A stretch of DNA of 64,000 bases from assembly GCA_034226945.1 (NCBI GenBank), contig CP120453.1:1-64000 (forward strand), in the 5' to 3' direction. The translations under genes were made by a program, and so were the position numbers. The DNA is from Picochlorum sp. SENEW3 (lineage: Eukaryota). The notes under the pieces are model-generated. The model was not told the origin of the DNA. It did not search any database and saw only the letters and a list, made by a program, of their open reading frames with translations. Below, in pieces: positions 12,210-20,401 of the stretch (positions within the stretch are counted from its first letter, which is position 1; every line of letters starts with the position of its first letter).

Positions 12210-12759
12210 CTCTTTTTGAATTACATCCATACGAGGTGCCTGAAGGCGAGAAACCAAGGAGCACAGCTCTCACGTGCCCACAATCGTGTACCAAAGATCA
12301 CCAGTTTTGGCTGAAACCAAAAGTTTGAGGTTATGGACCCCCCCAGGGTTGCAGATAGTGTCATATTTTTGTCATATTTGGTGTCCCATCAAAGCTCAAT
12401 TTTGACCGAAAATGTCATATTTTGTGTCATGTTTTTGTCATATTTTTGGTACGGTCAAAGGGTACCTTTGATGGGATGTGAGTACTGATGTATAGAATAG
12501 GCCTGTCAAAAAGTACTTTGATGGGAGCCAAACGTCAACTTGGCGCTGAAGAGGGTCAAGGAGGCTGCAGCCCAACTGCCCCAACTTCCACTGCTCTTGG
12601 TGTCATATTCTTCAGCGAGGTGTCATATTTTGGTGTCATATTGCCAAAAAGTGTCAATTTTCGTGTCATATTTCCTGGCGGAAATATGACACCAATTTCG
12701 GGAAATGTCATAAAAAAGCAAAATATGACACTATCTGCAACCCTGGACCCCCCTTTACA
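12210..12759. repeat. Right-end fragment of a second, more diverged family-B copy, interrupted by the MITE
   Basis: 12211-12343 plus 12754-12759 align with 8629-8766 (last 160-bp unit plus tail ending CCCTTTACA). Confidence 0.85.
12344..12745. mobile_element. Non-autonomous hAT-type DNA transposon (MITE), 402 bp
   Basis: Perfect 26-bp TIR CAGGGTTGCAGATAGTGTCATATTTT. 8-bp TSD GACCCCCC at 12336-12343 and 12746-12753. Many subterminal TGTCATAT motifs. Empty site GACTCCCC-TTTACA at 8754-8767. Confidence 0.93.
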
Positions 12760-13206
12760 GCATTGGTGCCAATCACCTTGTACTTTGAGCCCATAGCTCT
12801 TGCCAATGCCTTGGTACTGGGACAATCGGGTGGTTTTTGGACGCTATTATGTTTCAACGCATTTATGGCATACTTTGTCAATCTGACAAATTTCCTCGTG
12901 ACCAAGTACACATCACCACTCACCCTGCAGGTGCTTGGGAATGCAAAAGGAGTTGTTGCTGTTGTGGCATCTGTCATTTGCTTCCGCAATCCCGTGACAT
13001 TTTACACTATTCTAGGATATTCAATTACAGTAGGTGGAGTCATCTTGTATTCAAACGCCAAGAGACAGTCTAGAAAGGTGGATGCACTCAAGAAACTGTC
13101 AGCAGCAAAAGTATCTGGCATTGAACAACCCAGTTCCCCATTCACACCCTCCTCCAATCCAATGAATACTGCAGAGAGTCGTGAGAGGAATATTGGCGCT
13201 ATCTAG
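12760..13206 (+). pseudogene. 3' part only of a TPT-family nucleotide-sugar/sugar-phosphate transporter; 5' part absent from window
   Basis: [43 protein letters not shown] is the C-terminal signature of plant TPT-family transporters. The frame begins abruptly at the repeat boundary with no ATG there. Confidence 0.8.
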
Positions 13207-13719
13207 TCTCTCTGTGAAAGGACTTAGGTAATTCATTCATGTATCGCAGACCTAACCAGTTAGTTACCAGAGATTTGGCTGCAATAAGGAGGGCTTGGAT
13301 GTTCTAGCAAAGAAGATTTGAGGTTAACACTCTTCAAGCTGCAAGGCCCTGTCTCCATCAAGGAAAATACTGAGGTCACTGAGGAATCGATCACCTCCTT
13401 ACAGGGGCAAAAGGAATTAGCACCTCACACAGTATGGAGCATTAGATTGCCTACAAGGGTCGATGCATCATGCATCAGTCAATCGAGACACGCTAGTGGC
13501 CTCCTTTCTAGTGGCCTCAAAAGTTTGAGAAGAGAGTGTGATGCAATCGATGATCACGTGCAAATGCAGTGGTTGAATGAATTATACCATCTTCCGGAAC
13601 CCAAATAAGAACTCAAGCCACCTATCCTGATTGCCAGCATTCGCTTCCTTGAAAAATCAGGTTATGACTCAGGTCAGGTTCTCTCGGCAGAGCTCCTTGC
13701 GTTTATTGTATTGCTCAAA

Positions 13720-16149
13720 TTACATGCCAGGTAGACATCTCCATTCTCTGCCCTCTGTTTTCCCAAAATTTTCAAAATGATCCCAACCCGATTGTAATCT
13801 TCCAGCAAGAATTTCTGTATTGACATCTTCGTAAACCATTCTGTAGAATTCTTCACCCCCTGGACAAGCTTTTGATGGACGTGACCTTCCGAAAACGTCT
13901 ACTGCGAGATCAGAGCCAACCAGAGCTTGAATACAGGAACCCAGGTTGCAGTTCATCCAAAGCTTATGCATACCAAACGGGGCATCAACTCGGCACTTTG
14001 AACCGACCGAAAATCGATTAGCGATGTGTGGTGACGGTAACGAGAAATTATTCTCAACCAAACATTGGGAGAACCACGAATCCTCTGCCATTCCATCCCA
14101 CATTGAGGCATTACTTTTGAACGGGACCTTGAAATTCTCCAGACACCAAAGCATAGCAGATCTTTTTCGAAGACTCAAGCCTCCATTACCTCCGCTGTTA
14201 CTTTGGAGAGCACTAAGATATCTCCAATGGATGGCCGGGAAAGTTTCAGGGTACACAGGTGAACCGACGTAATCAAAATCAAAGAAATCCTCAATTCCAT
14301 CCCGCAGAAGAAGTGCATCTGACTGAGTTATTAACACAAACTCGCATTGAACTGTTTTTTCCCACAAAAAGTCAGAAAGCAAAAGTTCATTATACTCCCT
14401 AGGTTGGTCTGAGAAATTTCCAAAAATTGAGGGGATCTCGATTATTTCTATTGCAGTGCCCTCATACTTTTGTCTCCAAATGTCTGCAACAGCTGGTGGA
14501 CCGAGTAGATAAAATTTCCAATAGCGGCCCAAAAAATGCCGGTGCACTCGCAAACTAAAGTCAAGCCATGGGTGTTCACGCCCATCAATCATGACTAGAG
14601 CACTGCAGGTATTATTTTCATATGTGGGTATCACATTCCCATCAAGTGGCCATTTCTGTACAGTAGGATATGCTCTGTCGATAAAAAACTGATAAAAGCC
14701 CAGACAATCGAGAGTGGTGCCGTTCGACGAATCCTGATACCGAGAATAGCACGACCAAGATCTTCCCTCAGCTTTCCCATACTTCAAGTAATGTTCATGA
14801 CCTGTTCCACCTTGCTGTATGGCTTTTTTAACGTCTGGATAGTTCTCAAGATATATTGCTTCTCTGTCGCACTCTAAGAATTGATTTCTCAAACGATCAG
14901 GAGGACAAAAATAGTGGCTGGAGGGAGAGAGATGTCCTGTGGTGAGGTAATGATTCCTGGCAGACCTCACTTGCATATGGCTATTTTGTAGTAAAGATAT
15001 TAGATAATAAAAGTCACTGCATGATCTATTGAATTCATCTCCCGTAGAGTGAAGCATGCTTGAAGCGTGGGTTTTGTCAAGCCAGAATCTCCCTTCATTC
15101 GTCAGGGATGAACAACCAGTGTACATCCAATATTCTGCATGCAGAAAGTGCATGTTGTTATATAATGATGCCATGATATTTTTATTACTTTGATTATTGC
15201 AATGTGACAACGTTAGAGAGACGTTTTGCAGTAGTTCTAATTTCAACGCGAGGTTTTTGCCACCTGCTCCTGATAGGCTGTGGCCTACATGAAATCCTAT
15301 TGAGTCGCCGTAGTGGTGACAGTCCACATTAAATGGAGAGCAGAGTCCATATATCCCCTTTAAATTTACGTATTTGACAGGAATCCTGGATCTCCAGATC
15401 CAAAGTCCAACTCCTCTGTCTTCTTCCCGGTAAATACGACCTCGTCTGTAAATTCTTACTAAATTTTCTCGACTCAGTAGAGCATCAACAACATCCAGTG
15501 ATAACCCATACATTTGTCCTAAAGCCCACAGTGGTAAAAGGTCCAAGGAGGTGCTATATTGTAGCCTCTCTCTGTACTCAATCGGTTGGTTAGGAAGCAT
15601 TTTACCAAAATATACTAGAGATGCAGGTAAAGTCCTTATGACTTCTACAAGCCTGTGATATGATACAACAACATCCGTGTCCACTTTTATGACATAGCAT
15701 GCCGTGCATGCTCCTTGATAACTATTCAAAATAGATGAAGCCGACGACAATAATGCCATAGTTTGCAACATGAGCCTTTCATAATCTGGTTCTTCCTGAA
15801 CAATGCGAATATCTCGGAATGCCGCCTGCTCCTGTCTTGTCATGTTTAGCAAATTATCATCAACAGAGAAGATCACAAATAGTTGTCGCATAAAGGCCAA
15901 ATTTTGAGCTCGATGATTCTCATTCCAAAATGATCGGAGCTTTCTCCGCTGCCAAGACCGGAGCGATTGCTCCTCAGCCCGACTGATAGATGCCATAACA
16001 ACACACAATCTGGTATCCTTGCTCGAGTCAATAGTCAGTAGAAAGAGAATAATTACTAAAATTGCTACGGAGCAAGTGACGAGAACTCCTCCATCATAAC
16101 CATATCGTCGTGCCCTCAACCTGCGCGAAATCCTGACTCTATACACCAT
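13720..16149 (-). CDS. Type II membrane multi-domain glycosyltransferase: GT31/galactosyltransferase-like + YPDV..HY..G..EGR repeats + DUF5672-like
   Basis: 809-aa intronless ORF with an N-terminal TM. GT31-like motifs YVIKVDTDVVV (DxD) and EEDRGVGLW. DUF5672-like motifs LITQSDALL, DYVGSP, GGNGGLSLRKR, EDSWF, PFGMHKLW. Confidence 0.8.
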   Translation of the reverse strand: MVYRVRISRRLRARRYGYDGGVLVTCSVAILVIILFLLTIDSSKDTRLCVVMASISRAEEQSLRSWQRRKLRSFWNENHRAQNLAFMRQLFVIFSVDDNLLNMTRQEQAAFRDIRIVQEEPDYERLMLQTMALLSSASSILNSYQGACTACYVIKVDTDVVVSYHRLVEVIRTLPASLVYFGKMLPNQPIEYRERLQYSTSLDLLPLWALGQMYGLSLDVVDALLSRENLVRIYRRGRIYREEDRGVGLWIWRSRIPVKYVNLKGIYGLCSPFNVDCHHYGDSIGFHVGHSLSGAGGKNLALKLELLQNVSLTLSHCNNQSNKNIMASLYNNMHFLHAEYWMYTGCSSLTNEGRFWLDKTHASSMLHSTGDEFNRSCSDFYYLISLLQNSHMQVRSARNHYLTTGHLSPSSHYFCPPDRLRNQFLECDREAIYLENYPDVKKAIQQGGTGHEHYLKYGKAEGRSWSCYSRYQDSSNGTTLDCLGFYQFFIDRAYPTVQKWPLDGNVIPTYENNTCSALVMIDGREHPWLDFSLRVHRHFLGRYWKFYLLGPPAVADIWRQKYEGTAIEIIEIPSIFGNFSDQPREYNELLLSDFLWEKTVQCEFVLITQSDALLLRDGIEDFFDFDYVGSPVYPETFPAIHWRYLSALQSNSGGNGGLSLRKRSAMLWCLENFKVPFKSNASMWDGMAEDSWFSQCLVENNFSLPSPHIANRFSVGSKCRVDAPFGMHKLWMNCNLGSCIQALVGSDLAVDVFGRSRPSKACPGGEEFYRMVYEDVNTEILAGRLQSGWDHFENFGKTEGREWRCLPGM

Positions 16150-16165
16150 ATATAGACCTATACAG

Positions 16166-16442
16166 ACTCTCAGGCTGGTGCTCTAACCCACAATTATTAG
16201 GCCGCTTTTACTTTATTCCTTGGTTCCCGTATGGTGCCAAAATCTGAAACCTGTTCGGTCCTTCGAGAAATACAGAGAAATAGTACCGTAGTATCCGTAA
16301 TGTTTCGGAAATGAGACTTGCAAAAAGTGAAAATCCTTCCGAAAATATAAGATTTAGCCCGATACTTTGATTTTTTTATTTTCCAGTCTTACATGCCCGG
16401 TGGTGAATTAATTAGTGTGGGTTACAGCACCAGCCTGGGAGT
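16166..16442. repeat. 277-bp segment bounded by 27-bp inverted repeats (MITE-like, no TSD seen)
   Basis: ACTCTCAGGCTGGTGCTCTAACCCACA (16166-16192) matches the reverse complement of 16416-16442 with 2 mismatches. Confidence 0.75.
16284..16371 (+). repeat. 88-bp direct repeat, copy 1
   Basis: TACCGTAG...GATACTTTGAT, 3 mismatches to 19511-19598. Confidence 0.95.
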
Positions 16443-16650
16443 TCCCGGTCGACGGAGGAATTCGCGAATTACCTGCAGGTACCCCGCTTGATCAAGAGGC
16501 GACCTGGTCAGGGGGCATTGATGTAAAATCATACATACATACATACGTACGTACAAATTGGTAATCAATCAATTGATAAAAATCGTTTCTCAATTGATTC
16601 CTGCTCTGTGTGTCAGACGGGAAGTTGTCGGGCCTGCTTTGTCAAGCGGA

Positions 16651-19467
16651 ATGCATCTTCAATTTTCACTTGGGCTTCGGCGGCCAAGCATGGTGATGCT
16701 TATGTTGATATTGGCATCGCTTGGATACACACACACATATATATATACACATAGAGAGAGAGATTGGGAATATGTTAGTCGCAAGGTGTTTGTCAACGCG
16801 ACTGAGGAAAATCTAGGCTCAAGCAATTTGGTTAATATTTACACATTTCAGAAAGATGAAGGTAGTCTTTTATGGGATTGGGGGCTCTACCATGGATCTT
16901 TGTTTGGTTACGATTCCTTGCACATACTTGATCACAACTCTGGTGACCATTATACAAGATCTGCTCTTCAGAAACTTCAGAGGAGAGGAGCCCAAATCAG
17001 AACATCAAACGGCACTTTTACTCACAAGAATACAGAGCTCACGAAGTGGATGGCAGAGGCATCCTCCGAATTTCTCGTGCCGATAGATGTAGACGAATTT
17101 TTGGTTCTTTGGAAGGGCAATGCTATTTCGACAGACTCGAAAGACATTCACAATCATTTTCGCTTTGTCCCAAGAGATGGGCGGCGATATAGAATGGCAT
17201 CAATATCTACTATGGAATGTCCAACTAGAACATTCCAAGATGATGCACAATCATTCAGGAGGACACATAGGATGACAACTTTTATCATGCCTGGAAATCG
17301 TCTAACTTGCATGTCAAAAACCTTTTATTTCAGACAAAGTTTTGTCCGCACAGACCAAGGAAATCATGGCGGAACGGTAACAACAGATTCACAGGACAAA
17401 ACCAAAGGATACACTGTTGGTAGATGCCCATATTATCACTCCCCAAACTTAGCGCTCATCCACTATGGCAGTTACTTGCCATGGGAAATACAAAATAAAA
17501 AAATGATGAGAGGTGCCGTAGTGTACAATCACACAGGGAAGGTGGACGCTGGGATGCCATGTGGAGAGATGGGGGTGCATTACTGCTGGTGGTATCAGAA
17601 GATCATTCAACAAGGCGAGACAAACCTCAGGAATGAGTATGAGGCAAGGATTCCGTGCAATAGGACTGATTTGTTTTCATCCCAGGCAATCAAAATAGTA
17701 ATACAGCAGGAGGAGATGGGAATAGGAGTGGTGAATCACCATACAGAGAAGAGGCCTCTGAATGACATGTCTGGTGTGGAGAAGGTTTTCATAGTGGGCA
17801 CATCACACTCTGGCACTTCAATTTTAGAACGGATAATGGGTAACATTCCAAGTTTAACTGCGCTATGTAGAGAAACTGAGATGTTTTTAGGGAAACCGTT
17901 TAAGCCTCTTGATCCAACTGATTCAGTCTTGTTGAAGCTTGCAGATGACTTTGACTCTGATGCGGTAAAGAGAGGTGCAAAGTTCTGGATTGAAAAGACT
18001 CCCAGACATATTTTTTTTATTTCGCGAATTCTGGAGATGTTTCCCAAGAGTTACTTCGTGTGGATCACCAGAGATCCTATTCAAGTTGCCATATCACTGA
18101 GAAAGAGAGGGTTAGGAGTTCACTGCAAAGGTAGTTTTTCTGGATGTGGTGAATACTGGACAAAGGGGAATGAGCACGCATTTTATCATTTATCTAACGT
18201 ACCTAGAGTATTTCGACTGAAGTTTGAGCATTTGTACAGTCGAGACCACGTGTTTGATGTACTTCAAGACATTTTTGCCCTGTTGGATATTGATGTGCCT
18301 GTGACATCTTCTCTCCTTCAGTCAGCACGACGCCAGGCTTCGAGAAATTGCTATCGATTTACATCGGAGAGGGAGAAAGAGAGAATTTTGTTCCAGGAAG
18401 CGGTGTCAAAGTCTATGAACAGCTTTCAGAATGCTGTAGATCCAAAGAACCATGACATCTATAGAGCAATCCAAATGTCATCAGATTGGAATCAAGCAAA
18501 GCCATACAATGTCTCTGTATTGGACTCGCTGGAAATACTACGTTCGAATAGAACACGATCCCTTGCAAGGAGACTAGGATACAACTATCCGTCAGTAATA
18601 TTTCAAGCTGAGAGGCTTTCTGGAAGTCCATTGCTTGACCAGGATAACACAGGTTTTGAGAATATGAATGGGGTGACAGTCATTAAGACAGAACCTTGGA
18701 TGGTATTTAATGTATCATATATTATGTATTTTGCTGGGCATGTAGGGAAAGAAATCAGAATTGCAGGGTCTAATAGTGGTCAAGGTCCTTGGAAAATGCT
18801 TGGTGCAGTTGTGCTAGAAGGTTTCCATGCAGCATGGAGTCATATAGCTAGTCCGGACATATATATAGACAAGCCTGCTACAACAGTTCGACTGTATTTT
18901 CACGCTGCTACAAGAGAAGGTCAATGGACATATGTTGCGATAAGCAGGGATGGTGTCACATTTTGTATGCATTCCATGGCAAAGATTGCGCCATTTTACT
19001 TGCGTGTATTTGTCATTGACGGAACATTTTATGGCTTGGCCAAAATCGGAAACAACTCAACAGCGATCTTGCATTCTAGTGATGGACTAACAGAGTTCAA
19101 GCAAGGCCCACTGATTCTACCAAACAGTAGGCATACATCAGTACTTCTAAAAAATGGATCAGTGCACATATTCTACACCATAGTAGATGAAGCGCCTGAG
19201 CGAATTTATCATACTGAAGTAATGAATCCTCAAGCTGACTGGACAACATGGTATGTAGGAATTGGTGTTCCCATTCTAGAGCCTGAACTACCTTTCGAGG
19301 GCGTGGAAATGCCTTTGGTTCCATCAGAATTTGGTCCAGCGCCAGGTTTAGTTCGACAGCTCAGAGATCCTTATATTTTTGAGGATGATGAAGACATAGT
19401 ACTTTTTTATGTTGCTGGTGGCGAAAGATCTATATCCATTGCCAGGTTGCTTGTATCAACCGAGTAG
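16651..19467 (+). CDS. Multi-domain glycan enzyme: GT2-like + sulfotransferase + five-bladed-propeller glycoside hydrolase-like
   Basis: Intronless ORF; first ATG at 16651 is followed by a hydrophobic anchor. GT2-like: FQKDE..HILDHNSGD..PIDVDEFL. PAPS-binding motifs: VFIVGTSHSGTS, EKTPRH, RDPIQVAIS. GH32/43/130-like blades: HIASPDI..RLYFH..AISRDGVTF..LRDPYIF. Confidence 0.82.
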   Translation: MHLQFSLGLRRPSMVMLMLILASLGYTHTYIYTHRERDWEYVSRKVFVNATEENLGSSNLVNIYTFQKDEGSLLWDWGLYHGSLFGYDSLHILDHNSGDHYTRSALQKLQRRGAQIRTSNGTFTHKNTELTKWMAEASSEFLVPIDVDEFLVLWKGNAISTDSKDIHNHFRFVPRDGRRYRMASISTMECPTRTFQDDAQSFRRTHRMTTFIMPGNRLTCMSKTFYFRQSFVRTDQGNHGGTVTTDSQDKTKGYTVGRCPYYHSPNLALIHYGSYLPWEIQNKKMMRGAVVYNHTGKVDAGMPCGEMGVHYCWWYQKIIQQGETNLRNEYEARIPCNRTDLFSSQAIKIVIQQEEMGIGVVNHHTEKRPLNDMSGVEKVFIVGTSHSGTSILERIMGNIPSLTALCRETEMFLGKPFKPLDPTDSVLLKLADDFDSDAVKRGAKFWIEKTPRHIFFISRILEMFPKSYFVWITRDPIQVAISLRKRGLGVHCKGSFSGCGEYWTKGNEHAFYHLSNVPRVFRLKFEHLYSRDHVFDVLQDIFALLDIDVPVTSSLLQSARRQASRNCYRFTSEREKERILFQEAVSKSMNSFQNAVDPKNHDIYRAIQMSSDWNQAKPYNVSVLDSLEILRSNRTRSLARRLGYNYPSVIFQAERLSGSPLLDQDNTGFENMNGVTVIKTEPWMVFNVSYIMYFAGHVGKEIRIAGSNSGQGPWKMLGAVVLEGFHAAWSHIASPDIYIDKPATTVRLYFHAATREGQWTYVAISRDGVTFCMHSMAKIAPFYLRVFVIDGTFYGLAKIGNNSTAILHSSDGLTEFKQGPLILPNSRHTSVLLKNGSVHIFYTIVDEAPERIYHTEVMNPQADWTTWYVGIGVPILEPELPFEGVEMPLVPSEFGPAPGLVRQLRDPYIFEDDEDIVLFYVAGGERSISIARLLVSTE

Positions 19468-19510
19468 AATTTATATTAGGGCGGATCAAGTCGATTGTGG
19501 GTTTTTTTTC

Positions 19511-19598
19511 TACCGTAGTGTCCGTAATGTTTCGGAAATGAGACTTGCAAAAAGTGGAAATCCTTCCGAAAATATGAGATTTAGCCCGATACTTTGAT
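19511..19598 (+). repeat. 88-bp direct repeat, copy 2
   Basis: Matches 16284-16371. Confidence 0.95.
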
Positions 19599-19843
19599 CA
19601 AAAGTGAGAGATATCCTCTCAATTATGGCTTGAAAAATAGCTTGAATTCTACTGATTCCAGTGCTACCTCTCCCGCTCGGAACCGCCCTTTGAAACTCTC
19701 AAAAATCAACAACAATGCTAGAATGAGCGACCCGTGGCGACACCACTTCATGGCGACTTTGATGGACAATGGGTGCTGTTTCAATTCCCTCGCCCCCTGA
19801 TATATCACTAATTCAATATTATATTGCTATTACAAGAAGAAAA

Positions 19844-20117
19844 AGGGCCACTTACATCGACGATTTTGGGTTGGGTCGTTGGGTTGGTTGCCCTGTTGCC
19901 CGAGACATCGCCTCAGTGGAGGGCCTCTGTCACCAATAAACCCACCCAGGACCATAAAAGACCTTCTTAGAGTGCTGAGAATACGATATTGGGTGAAAAT
20001 ATCGCACATGAGTGCAAGAAAACCTCTTTTGCCAAACTGGTTGACTGGCCAGAGGCAACAGGCTCTCTACAGGCGAGGTATGTCGCTCTTGGGCAGCAAA
20101 CGTCAAGTATTTATTTT
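19844..20117 (+). ncRNA. Candidate structured non-coding RNA of unknown family
   Basis: Nested helices 19894-19905/20087-20098, 19908-19913/20071-20076 and 19916-19926/20060-20070. A 5' hairpin and several internal hairpins. Non-Watson-Crick pairs within the helices are G-U on +. T-rich end. Confidence 0.5.
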
Positions 20118-20401
20118 ACAAATTGCGCGTACATCCATCCATCAATAGGAAAATCTAATCGTCTTTCATACATCGGCACTGTATCCACTACTAAATACTA
20201 TTTCGTTTTGAGATCACACTGAGTGCATCGACGTATATATACATCGACAGAGAAATCTTACGCTTGTATATGCGACTGTATCAAGCATTTGTGTAAGCAT
20301 TACTTGATCGGCCAACGTGTGCAGATGGATTACAAACTTTCCACCGCATTAGTTTGGGCGCTGGCTGGATATCTGGGTATTCCAACCCTTTTTTGGATGG
20401 A

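Noticed and set aside
8629..12759. B-end copies as an LTR pair (minus strand starts TGTAAAG)
   Set aside because: No gag/pol, PBS, PPT or TSD, and the left limit is just a break inside an array unit.
13318..13608. 96-aa ORF between the transporter fragment and the glycan gene
   Set aside because: No ATG start and no recognisable motif; possibly a remnant but unsupported.
16441..16510. Cloning-vector polylinker contamination
   Set aside because: The site order matches no polylinker I know, the palindromes extend beyond the 6-bp sites, and there is no backbone or marker. Kept as a natural-feature finding.
19844..20117. SRP RNA, U3, RNase P/MRP or spliceosomal snRNA
   Set aside because: Lacks the SRP helix-8 motif, C'/D and B/C boxes, P4 consensus and snRNA signatures. 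Telomerase RNA was not called because the template-like TAAACCC has no extra alignment bases.
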